Virus record (IMG/VR): IMGVR_UViG_3300010266_000005
Location: 1 to 33,838 of that record
Direction: 5' to 3' (one strand)
Source of the DNA: a virus
Length of the DNA: 33,838 bases
Part shown: positions 1-5,909 of the stretch, piece after piece
How positions within the stretch are numbered: the first letter of the stretch is position 1
How the letters are laid out: each line of letters begins with the position of its first letter
The notes under the pieces: generated by a model
What the model was told of the DNA's origin: nothing
The model's input: the letters and a program-made list of their open reading frames with translations, nothing else
The model's database searches: none
Made by a program: the position numbers and the translations under genes

Positions 1-123
1 ACCGGCCACGACCACATGGGGAAGACGATCAATCCCGCCGGGATCGAGCTTTTCCCCGGCGCGACTGCCGGACATGGCGGCTACATCGACTTCCACTACA
101 ATAACAACGCCGACGACTATACC
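1..123. repeat. Terminal direct repeat. Bases 1-123 are identical to 33716-33838 (assembly overlap of a circular genome, unit length 33,715 bp).
   Basis: Read directly: accggccacgaccacatgggg...cgacgactatacc is present at both ends of the window. Confidence 0.95.
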
Positions 124-429
124 AGCCGCATCATTGAGGCGCCTTCCGGCCATGTGCAGCTGAACGGAAGTGAGATCATGACGCGGGCGAACATTATTTC
201 CGCTTGGAATGTAGCCGTTACATTTACAAATGGTATAGCCGAGTATAGTAATACTGCTATCAGAGGTAATTGCGTATGCTTTGCACAGTTTCGTGCCGGT
301 ACTGTAGCAAGCACCTTTCAAGATACTGCATTAGCTGTTCACATCCCGGCAAACGGAAAACTATCTATTGTTGCGAAAAATGGTGCAACATTTAGTACAC
401 ACCTTAATATCTTAATCCTCAATTTCTAA
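1..429 (+). CDS. Tail fibre protein, 3' part. It continues ORF 33641..33838 across the circular junction; the full gene is 33641-33715 plus 1-429, about 167 aa.
   Basis: Frame of 33641 ATG matches the frame of 1..429 after subtracting 33,715. Stop TAA is at 427-429. The motif GHGGYIDFHYNN..DYTSRII is common in Firmicutes phage fibre proteins (from memory). Confidence 0.7.
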   Translation, partial: TGHDHMGKTINPAGIELFPGATAGHGGYIDFHYNNNADDYTSRIIEAPSGHVQLNGSEIMTRANIISAWNVAVTFTNGIAEYSNTAIRGNCVCFAQFRAGTVASTFQDTALAVHIPANGKLSIVAKNGATFSTHLNILILNF

Positions 430-444
430 GGAGGTTCGGCAATC

Positions 445-783
445 ATGGAAATGTTTATTCATATCGAAAAGAACGCAGATGGCAGCCGCGCCTTCCAGTG
501 CGGCGGCAATATGCAGGAAGGACAGGCCTACTGGAACACCGACGCGGTGCCGCTGCCGGAGAAATTCCCGTGGGTGGAGATCGAGACAGCGGAGGTCTCC
601 CACGAGGCGGTCATGGATGGCAAAAAGGTCTTGTTCCCCGCCTTTACGCGGCTGGAGGTGGTGTCTGCCGGAAACGGCGAGGAGATCCCGGTGGAGACGG
701 CTGCTGTGCCGACCCAGCTGGACAGGGTGGAGGCACAGCTGGCGTATACCGCCATGATGACAGACACGCTGATGGAGGTGTGA
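445..783 (+). CDS. Hypothetical protein downstream of the tail fibre (XkdW-position protein).
   Basis: AAGGAGG RBS upstream of ATG 445. GC3-rich frame. Located between the fibre gene and the XkdX-like gene. Confidence 0.6.
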   Translation: MEMFIHIEKNADGSRAFQCGGNMQEGQAYWNTDAVPLPEKFPWVEIETAEVSHEAVMDGKKVLFPAFTRLEVVSAGNGEEIPVETAAVPTQLDRVEAQLAYTAMMTDTLMEV

Positions 784-784
784 T

Positions 785-919
785 ATGAGGGAACGCATTG
801 AAAAGTGGTACAAGCTGGGCTTGTGGACGAAGGACATGGTGCGTAACGCCGTGGCCAAGGGGAAGCTCACCGCGGCAGAGTACACCGAGATCACCGGCGA
901 GGCATACGGCGCGGTGTAA
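785..919 (+). CDS. xkdX: XkdX-family small phage protein (44 aa; below the ORF-track cutoff).
   Basis: Translation MRERIEKWYKLGLWTKDMVRNAVAKGKLTAAEYTEITGEAYGAV matches the XkdX signature (KWY..GLWT...V...V.KG.IT..EY..ITGE) as I remember it. ATG overlaps the upstream stop (tgATATG). Confidence 0.75.
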   Translation: MRERIEKWYKLGLWTKDMVRNAVAKGKLTAAEYTEITGEAYGAV

Positions 920-931
920 GGAGGTGACCGG

Positions 932-1261
932 ATGGAAGCATGGGAGAGCGTAGGCGTGCCGCTGATCGTGGCGCTGCTGACCTCCACCGCCCTGTGGGGC
1001 GTGGTGAGCAAGGTGATCCTCAAGCGGATGGAGCTGACGGCGAAACGCAGCAAGACCGATGAGGCGGAGCGGAAGATGCTGGTGGGACTGGCCCACGACC
1101 GCATCATCCACCTTGGCATGGTGTACGTCGAGCGGGGCTACGTCACGCAGGACGAGTACGAGAATTTGCAGGTGTACCTCTACGAGCCGTACGAGGAGAT
1201 GGGCGGCAACGGCAGCGCACGGCGCGTCATGGAGGAAGTGCGGAAGCTACCCATACGGTGA
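932..1261 (+). CDS. Membrane-anchored protein of the lysis cassette (N-terminal TM helix; function unknown, possibly holin-associated).
   Basis: AAGGAGGTG RBS. Hydrophobic segment VGVPLIVALLTSTALWGVV followed by a charged helical domain. Confidence 0.6.
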   Translation: MEAWESVGVPLIVALLTSTALWGVVSKVILKRMELTAKRSKTDEAERKMLVGLAHDRIIHLGMVYVERGYVTQDEYENLQVYLYEPYEEMGGNGSARRVMEEVRKLPIR

Positions 1262-1282
1262 GGCATACGGGGAGGCGTAAAA

Positions 1283-1357
1283 ATGGAGATCGTATACATC
1301 ATGATCGGTGCGTGTGTTGGCTTTTGTGCGGCGGCGCTGCTCAAAAGCGGGGAATAA
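1283..1357 (+). CDS. Possible 24-aa hydrophobic peptide MEIVYIMIGACVGFCAAALLKSGE.
   Basis: GGAGG RBS 6-7 nt upstream. Single TM-like segment. Very short, so speculative. Confidence 0.3.
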   Translation: MEIVYIMIGACVGFCAAALLKSGE

Positions 1358-1392
1358 AAGACAGGCGCAGACGCGCCGGAAAGGAAACTGTT

Positions 1393-1608
1393 ATGAAGCT
1401 GAACAACAAAGTATATGACACCATGAAGTGGTTGGTCATCATCGTGCTGCCCGCTGTGGCTACGCTGTACGCGGCTCTGGCGGGTGTGTGGGCATGGCCT
1501 TACCCAGACGAGGTGGTGACCACCATCACCGCCGTGGACACGTTCTTGGGCGCGGTGCTGTGCATCTCCACGGCGCAGTATCACAAGGAAAATAAACTGG
1601 AGGTGTGA
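1393..1608 (+). CDS. Holin (Dp-1/LL-H-like small holin, 71 aa).
   Basis: MKLNNKVYDTMKWLVIIVLPAVATLYAALAGVWAWPY...TAVDTFLGAVLCIS has two TM segments and lies immediately upstream of the endolysin. Internal ATG of track ORF 1258..1608 has an AAGGAAA RBS. Confidence 0.75.
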   Translation: MKLNNKVYDTMKWLVIIVLPAVATLYAALAGVWAWPYPDEVVTTITAVDTFLGAVLCISTAQYHKENKLEV

Positions 1609-1611
1609 GCC

Positions 1612-2430
1612 ATGCCGACGGTACAGGCTGTGGTGGCGCTGCTGGAGGGCGAGCGGGGCTATCTGGAAAAGAAGTCCAACGCCCAGCTGGACAGCAAGAC
1701 CGCCAACGCGGGGTATAACAACTACACCAAGTACACCCGGGACATCGACGCGGCGGGCATCAACGACGCACGGTATCAGGGGCAGGCGTGGTGCTGCAGT
1801 CTGGCGATCTGGCCGGAGCTGCACCTGTCCGGCGCGGCAGAGGCGCGGGAGCGGTTCTACCTGCCGGATCCTGCCAAGTGCAAGGCGTACAACTGCGAGT
1901 GGCTGGCGGGGTATTTCCGCAGCGCCGGAGCGTGGTATGTACAGCCGCAGGTGGGCGATTTCATTTTCTTCCGCACATCCCGGTATCGCTACGCCCATGT
2001 GGGGCGCGTGGTGGCGGTGGACAGCACGACGGTGTACACCATCGAGGGCAACACCTCCGGTGACGGCGGTGTGGTGGCAAACGGCGGCGGGGTGTTCCGC
2101 AAGTCGTATAGCCTCGGCTCGTGGAACATCGTGGGCTACGGCCGCCCGAAGTGGAAGGACGGCGAGCGGGACGCTCCCGCAGAGAAGAAGGAGGCAGAGA
2201 AGACTTTGGATATGCAGGTGCGGATGCTCAAGCGCGGCATGAAGGGCGCGGACGTGAAGACCCTGCAAGCGGCGCTGATCGCCTACGGGTTCTCCTGCGG
2301 CGCGGCTGGTGCGGACGGCGACTTCGGCAGCGGCACGGAAGCGGCGCTGAAGAAGTTTCAGACCAAGTACGGCCTCGGCGCTGACGGAATTGCAGGGAAG
2401 GGTACTTGGGGCAAGCTGCTGGGGGTATAA
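1612..2430 (+). CDS. Endolysin: N-terminal CHAP/NlpC-P60-type amidase-peptidase plus C-terminal PG_binding_1 domain.
   Basis: Cys motif GQAWCCS, His motif YAHVGRVV, and EGNTS. C-terminus LKRGMKGADVKTLQAALIAYGF..DGDFGSGTEAALKKFQ..YGL.ADGIAGKGTW is a classic peptidoglycan-binding repeat. Confidence 0.9.
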   Translation: MPTVQAVVALLEGERGYLEKKSNAQLDSKTANAGYNNYTKYTRDIDAAGINDARYQGQAWCCSLAIWPELHLSGAAEARERFYLPDPAKCKAYNCEWLAGYFRSAGAWYVQPQVGDFIFFRTSRYRYAHVGRVVAVDSTTVYTIEGNTSGDGGVVANGGGVFRKSYSLGSWNIVGYGRPKWKDGERDAPAEKKEAEKTLDMQVRMLKRGMKGADVKTLQAALIAYGFSCGAAGADGDFGSGTEAALKKFQTKYGLGADGIAGKGTWGKLLGV

Positions 2431-2436
2431 CGTGAA

Positions 2437-2476
2437 AAAAGATATCCCGCGCCGTATGGCGCGGGATATCTTTTTG
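2437..2476 (+). terminator. Intrinsic terminator ending the late/lysis operon.
   Basis: aaaagatatcccgcgcc-gtat-ggcgcgggatatctttt forms a perfect 17-bp stem with a T-run. Confidence 0.85.
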
Positions 2477-2497
2477 CCTTAAATTATAATTTTCTTC

Positions 2498-2527
2498 TTG
2501 ACATACCACGCAATGCGTGGCAATATA
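2498..2527 (+). promoter_or_regulatory. Promoter P1 of the accessory cassette, with an operator palindrome in the spacer.
   Basis: TTGACA (2498-2503), 17-nt spacer, TGg-CAATAT extended -10 (2518-2526). The spacer contains the perfect palindrome CCACGCA-A-TGCGTGG (2506-2520). Confidence 0.6.
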
Positions 2528-2578
2528 TAAACAGATCAAGAAAGGGTAGCCGCACAGCGGCAGAAAGGGAGGAACATC

Positions 2579-2786
2579 ATGGCTAAGACTTTTTTACAGC
2601 GTCACCTATGCAGTGTGGGGATCCAGCTTCTGCCGGGAGGCATGGTTTGACAACAAGGACGTCGCCGCCGACTTCGCGGCGCACGATTTCCGGGATGCCC
2701 CGGTCGCCCACACCTACCGCAAGGCGGACAGCATCCGCACCGCCGAGGAGCGCGTGGCCGCTACGGCAGTAGCGCTGACCCACTGA
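2579..2786 (+). CDS. Small ORF with an excellent RBS, interrupted by a frame change at a T6 run (2590-2595). It gives 23 aa as written and about 68 aa if one T is removed.
   Basis: GGGAGG RBS 6 nt before ATG 2579. The downstream GC3-rich open frame (YSVTYAVWGSSFCREAWFDNKDV...ALTH, stop 2784-2786) has no start codon of its own. Confidence 0.35.
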
Positions 2787-2864
2787 TAGCGGCAACAACG
2801 CTTCTGGTGGGGTTGAGCGCATCAGCCCCACCCCATGAAAATTTTTGAACAGGAGGAACAGAGC

Positions 2865-3401
2865 ATGAACGCACAGGAGCTGATTTTGCGGCACAGGATC
2901 TCCCTGAAACTCGACGAACACGGCCAGCCCACAGGAAATCTGGTTGTGTACCGCGCCGACAAAGCGGCTCTTGCCGCTATCAAAGCCGCAAAGCCGGAGA
3001 TCGTGCCCACGCTGCTGGAGCAGCGAGAAACCGCCCTCCGCGCCGAACAGGAGCGGCAGAAGAAAATCGCCGCCATTCCCGGACTGCGGGAGATTGAAGC
3101 CGCCCGCGCCGATCTGGTAAACTGGAAACTGGAATTTGACGCCAGCTTTGACGGCGAGAACGGCGGCGGCGTGGGTGTCCGTCCCAAGCCTAAGTATGAC
3201 ATGGATGCCATGTACGCCCAGTACCCCCGCGCCAAGGCGTATCTGGACGCTGCAGATTTTGCGGCGTCCGAAAACGACGCAAAGTCCGCAGCCGGCATGA
3301 TGGCGCTGGAGGTCATCATCAACGGCGACAACCACGAGCAGGCCATCGCCGCCATGAACAGTGCGTGGGCGGCACACTGCGGACGGAATATTTGGGACTA
3401 A
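2865..3401 (+). CDS. Hypothetical protein (178 aa), accessory cassette.
   Basis: AGGAGG RBS before ATG 2865 (the ATG at 2835 lacks an RBS). Protein-like composition. No family recognised. Confidence 0.6.
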   Translation: MNAQELILRHRISLKLDEHGQPTGNLVVYRADKAALAAIKAAKPEIVPTLLEQRETALRAEQERQKKIAAIPGLREIEAARADLVNWKLEFDASFDGENGGGVGVRPKPKYDMDAMYAQYPRAKAYLDAADFAASENDAKSAAGMMALEVIINGDNHEQAIAAMNSAWAAHCGRNIWD

Positions 3402-3413
3402 GGGGGCTATGTC

Positions 3414-3743
3414 ATGGCAAACATGGAGATCAACACCCACGGCAGAAAAATCAACATGGCGGATCTTGCAGAAGCGTCCGAATATACCAGGGGCCTCGGC
3501 TCCCGCACGGGGGAGTACATGGAGATTTTTTACGACAAGTCCACCGGCGAGGTATGGGGAAAGTATCACTGGGACCGCGAGGAATGGACGGTCTACCACG
3601 ATGATGATGTTATCAAGGTCGGCCTCGCAATCCGTTTCAAATCCCCGCAGCGTATCGCGGACATGATTGCCCGAACCTTGACGGAAGAAGAAGGCTGGGA
3701 GCGCGAGAACGCCACATATCTGGCGGGCGGCGCGCAGTCATGA
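3414..3743 (+). CDS. Hypothetical protein (109 aa), accessory cassette.
   Basis: AAGGGGG RBS 7 nt upstream of the ATG. No family recognised. Confidence 0.6.
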   Translation: MANMEINTHGRKINMADLAEASEYTRGLGSRTGEYMEIFYDKSTGEVWGKYHWDREEWTVYHDDDVIKVGLAIRFKSPQRIADMIARTLTEEEGWERENATYLAGGAQS

Positions 3744-3749
3744 CGGTGC

Positions 3750-3778
3750 TTGACATTTCCTACGCAGCGTGGTAAACT
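3750..3778 (+). promoter_or_regulatory. Promoter P2 (near-consensus) driving the repeat-like RNA.
   Basis: TTGACA (3750-3755), 17-nt spacer, TGg-TAAACT (3770-3778). The spacer holds ..CCTACGCAGCGTGG, related to the P1 operator. Confidence 0.6.
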
Positions 3779-3811
3779 ATTTTTGTCGGATGCAAGAGGC
3801 GCTTGCATCTG

Positions 3812-3844
3812 GTGCGGCGCAATCCCGCCGCCGTGGATTGAAAT
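3812..3844 (+). CRISPR. Solitary type I-C-like CRISPR repeat unit GTGCGGCGCAATCCCGCCGCCGTGGATTGAAAT. Single copy, not an array.
   Basis: A 6-bp GC stem with a 6-nt loop is followed directly by GTGGATTGAAAT, the conserved 3' end of I-C repeats as I remember them (GTCGCGCCCCGCACGGGCGCGTGGATTGAAAC; GTCGCACTCTACATGAGTGCGTGGATTGAAAT). Confidence 0.55.
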
Positions 3845-3874
3845 AGTGAGAAGGACAAACACTTCAAGCGCAGG

Positions 3875-3908
3875 AAAAGCACCGGGCTTCCGGTGCTTTT
3901 CCTTTTTT
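3875..3908 (+). terminator. Intrinsic terminator.
   Basis: aaaagcaccgg-gctt-ccggtgctttt (11-bp stem) followed by ccTTTTTT. Confidence 0.85.
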
Positions 3909-3926
3909 GCAAAGAAAGGATAAGAT

Positions 3927-4265
3927 ATGACTGACAAACTGTTTTACACCATCTTCAGCGCGGCGCTGGATGCCGCCGACCGCGATAACTTTATCTCCGA
4001 CTGGGCGCTTTCCTCTGTCTGGGATGACGCCGCAAACATCCCAGCGGAACGCATCGCTGTACTTGGCGGCATATGGGATGCCGCCCACCTGACGATCCGC
4101 GACATCCGCCAGCATACCGGCCTATCCCAAGCGGCCTTTGCCACGCGCTACTGCATCCCCACCCGCACGCTGGAGGACTGGGAGCGCGGCGCTCGGAGCT
4201 GCCCCGACTATCTCCGTCTCCTGCTGGCACAGGCAACCGGAGCATATCAGCGGCCGTGGGGATAG
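3927..4265 (+). CDS. HTH DNA-binding protein (XRE/MqsA-like C-terminal HTH). Candidate regulator of the cassette (aca-like).
   Basis: IRQHTGLSQAAFATRYCIPTRTLEDWERGARSCPDYLRLLL is the typical G-LSQ..FA....IP.RTL..WE.G.R.P..Y...LL motif. Confidence 0.7.
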   Translation: MTDKLFYTIFSAALDAADRDNFISDWALSSVWDDAANIPAERIAVLGGIWDAAHLTIRDIRQHTGLSQAAFATRYCIPTRTLEDWERGARSCPDYLRLLLAQATGAYQRPWG

Positions 4266-4307
4266 CCCGTTGTCATTTCGTTGTCAAAAGTTGTTTTTAT
4301 TAAGCGC

Positions 4308-4338
4308 AAAGCCGTCCGCAAGGCTGGACGGCTTTTGT
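4308..4338 (+). terminator. Terminator of the accessory cassette.
   Basis: agccgtcc-gcaaggct-ggacggct followed by TTTTGTG. Confidence 0.6.
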
Positions 4339-4383
4339 GCTGGCTCGGACGCGCGGCGAGCCTAAAATCCTTGTAAATAAAGA

Positions 4384-4417
4384 GAAACCCGCCTGATCGT
4401 TGCAATCAGGCGGTTTC
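4384..4417. terminator. Bidirectional hairpin. On the minus strand it lies just downstream of the tRNA 3' fragment.
   Basis: gaaacccgcctgat-cgttgca-atcaggcggtttc forms a 13-bp stem with one bulge. T-rich on both sides. Confidence 0.6.
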
Positions 4418-4423
4418 TGGTTT

Positions 4424-4452
4424 TGGAGCAGGGTACGGGAGTCGAACCCGTT
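4424..4452 (-). other. attP core: 3' fragment of a tRNA gene (T-arm, acceptor 3' strand and CCA).
   Basis: Minus strand reads ACGGG-TTCGACT-CCCGT-ACCCTGC-T-CCA. No matching 5' acceptor strand or D/anticodon arms lie upstream, so this is a fragment. It sits directly 3' of the integrase gene. Confidence 0.75.
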
Positions 4453-4490
4453 GAAAAAACTGGTATACGCTGCTTAAATACTCGCTTCTT

Positions 4491-5621
4491 TCAAACTTCC
4501 GTTGCCATTTTGTTGTCAAAGTAGGCATCAATAGACTTGTCGATTTCTGCCATTCTGTCATCCATCGTGTAGGCGTAGACCTGCTTGTACACCCAGTCGT
4601 CGGACCAGCCGTTTCGCTCCTGCGCGTATTTTGATTCCACGCCCAGGCGGACCATGATGGCGGCGTTGGCGTGGCGCAGGTCGTGGAAGCGGCAGCGGGG
4701 AATGCCGGCGGCAGCGAGGCCGCGAATAAAGCGATTGTAGAGCGTCTGGCCGGAGACTGGAACGATGTAGCCCTCACTGCGTCCGGTGGCATCTATCAGA
4801 GCCTGAATGTGGGCGGGGACAGATATCCGGCGATCGCCGGAAAAGGTCTTCGGCGGCTTTACCTCGTCGCCATGTTCGCCGGAGACAATGGCGCGGCAGA
4901 TATGCAGCCGGCCTCCGGAGATATCCTCGAACCTGGCGCCGCGGATCTCCGACATGCGCATCCCCATCCACAGCGCCATGAGCACGGGCAGCTCCATGTC
5001 CGTGCCGGAGAATGCCGCGATGATCTTGCCAATCTCGGCGTCCTCAATCCTGCGCAGCTCCACTTTCCGCTTCTGCGGAAGAATGATAGAGATCTTTGAA
5101 TCTGGCGCAAACTGCTTGAGGACAGAGACAAGAAGTCCTTCAACGTTTCGGATATACTTGGGGCTCTTCCCGTTTTTCACCATCTTTCCGATCTCCCGCT
5201 GGATCTGCTCGGAGGTGATAGAGGAAGCCGGCAGTTTCATCAGGCTTGGGAAGGATGTTTTTGCGAGGCGCTTGTACTCTGCGGCGGTGGAGGGGGAGAT
5301 CACGCCGTCCCGGGATTCGATGTACTTTCGGTAAGCCTCCCTCAAGGTCATGGTCGAGGCGGCCTTTTCGGGCGCCTTCAGACCGTGCTTGATGGCCATG
5401 GCCTCGGCAATGGCTTCCTCCTTGGTCTCGCGCGTGATGGACACGTCCTGCCCGTTGACGCGGACACGGCAGGCCCACGAGCCGCTGGGAAGCTTCCGGG
5501 CGGTGGGCGTGTGGGCGGTGTTCTTGCTGCGCTGCTCCCGGACCTGCCGGGCGCCGCACCATTTGCAGTAGACGGAGTCGGCGTCTATCTCGCGGCCGCA
5601 GCCCTTATTCTTGCACTGCAT
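4491..5621 (-). CDS. int: Tyrosine integrase with an N-terminal zinc-ribbon.
   Basis: MQCKNKGCGREIDADSVYCKWCG (CxxC..CxxC). Catalytic region MRMSEIRGARFEDI, RFHDLRHANA, and ..YAYT.. (R..HxxR..Y). Confidence 0.9.
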   Translation of the reverse strand: MQCKNKGCGREIDADSVYCKWCGARQVREQRSKNTAHTPTARKLPSGSWACRVRVNGQDVSITRETKEEAIAEAMAIKHGLKAPEKAASTMTLREAYRKYIESRDGVISPSTAAEYKRLAKTSFPSLMKLPASSITSEQIQREIGKMVKNGKSPKYIRNVEGLLVSVLKQFAPDSKISIILPQKRKVELRRIEDAEIGKIIAAFSGTDMELPVLMALWMGMRMSEIRGARFEDISGGRLHICRAIVSGEHGDEVKPPKTFSGDRRISVPAHIQALIDATGRSEGYIVPVSGQTLYNRFIRGLAAAGIPRCRFHDLRHANAAIMVRLGVESKYAQERNGWSDDWVYKQVYAYTMDDRMAEIDKSIDAYFDNKMATEV

Positions 5622-5795
5622 GGCATGACCTCCCTCCTTTTGAGAAAGCGGTGCCCGAATCGGACACCGCCTCTATCTGCTCCTCTTTCCGCGGCAAATC
5701 TGCCGCTTACATATATTTTTGCAAAGAATTTACGTTTTACTGGATATATTCTGTCGAAGTGGTACAATAAAGGTACCATTGAGGAGGGACGCGAC

Positions 5796-5906
5796 ATGAG
5801 CGAGTGGGAGGAGGACTTGTTGGCGTTGTTCGACAGTCTGGACGAAGCGGCGCGGGCCGAGGCCCTGGCGGCCGCACTGAAAATCATTGGCGGCGAGATC
5901 CTCTAA
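5796..5906 (+). CDS. Possible 36-aa acidic helical peptide MSEWEEDLLALFDSLDEAARAEALAAALKIIGGEIL.
   Basis: GAGGAGG RBS. TGg-TACAAT extended -10 at 5760-5768. Terminator hairpin directly downstream. Confidence 0.35.
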   Translation: MSEWEEDLLALFDSLDEAARAEALAAALKIIGGEIL

Positions 5907-5909
5907 GAG

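Larger units (their letters stand above)
3785..3908 (+). ncRNA. Predicted non-coding transcript of about 120 nt containing a solitary CRISPR (type I-C-like) repeat unit.
   Basis: Bounded by P2 and a strong terminator. No RBS-preceded ORF. Three hairpins at 3789-3809, 3814-3831 and 3875-3900. Confidence 0.5.

Noticed and set aside
412-1119. Long minus-strand ORFs antisense to clearly coding plus-strand genes. Examples are 412..1119, 1180..2268, 2583..3599, 8051..9070, 9311..10120, 10216..11205, 11269..12348, 12143..13816, 18652..19560, 20300..21493, 22209..23396, 24953..25879, 26378..27136 and 32540..33373.
   Set aside because: These are typical shadow ORFs of GC-rich DNA. They lack RBSs, have Arg/Pro/Gly/His-rich low-complexity translations, and each fully overlaps a plus-strand gene with recognisable motifs.
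1258-1392. N-terminal extension of the holin ORF (track start 1258).
   Set aside because: The extension is highly basic and non-membrane, and it overlaps the upstream gene end. The internal ATG 1393 has an RBS and gives a canonical two-TM holin.
2806-2832. Hairpin ggtgggg...ccccacc between the first two cassette ORFs, considered as a terminator or attenuator.
   Set aside because: The loop is long (about 13 nt) and there is no clean T-run. Evidence is too weak to call.
3785-3811. First hairpin (GTCG-gatgcaag-aggcg-cttgcatc) considered as a second CRISPR repeat, which would make a repeat-repeat array.
   Set aside because: It lacks the GTGGATTGAAAY tail, abuts the full repeat-like unit without a spacer, and its stem sequence is unrelated. 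It is treated as part of the same RNA, not as an array.
3790-3846. 18-codon ORF (MQEALASGAAQSRRRGLK) inside the repeat-like RNA.
   Set aside because: There is no RBS, the ATG is buried in the first hairpin, and the composition is dictated by the GC-rich stems.
4424-4500. Possible complete tRNA gene on the minus strand next to the integrase.
   Set aside because: Only the T-arm, 3' acceptor strand and CCA are present. The upstream 45 nt contain no complementary 5' acceptor strand (GCAGGGT) and no D or anticodon arms. It is an attP fragment.
5385-5906. 173-aa plus-strand ORF antisense to the integrase 5' end.
   Set aside because: Most of it is a shadow of the integrase gene. Only the last 36 codons, which lie downstream of the integrase and have their own RBS, were kept as a low-confidence feature.
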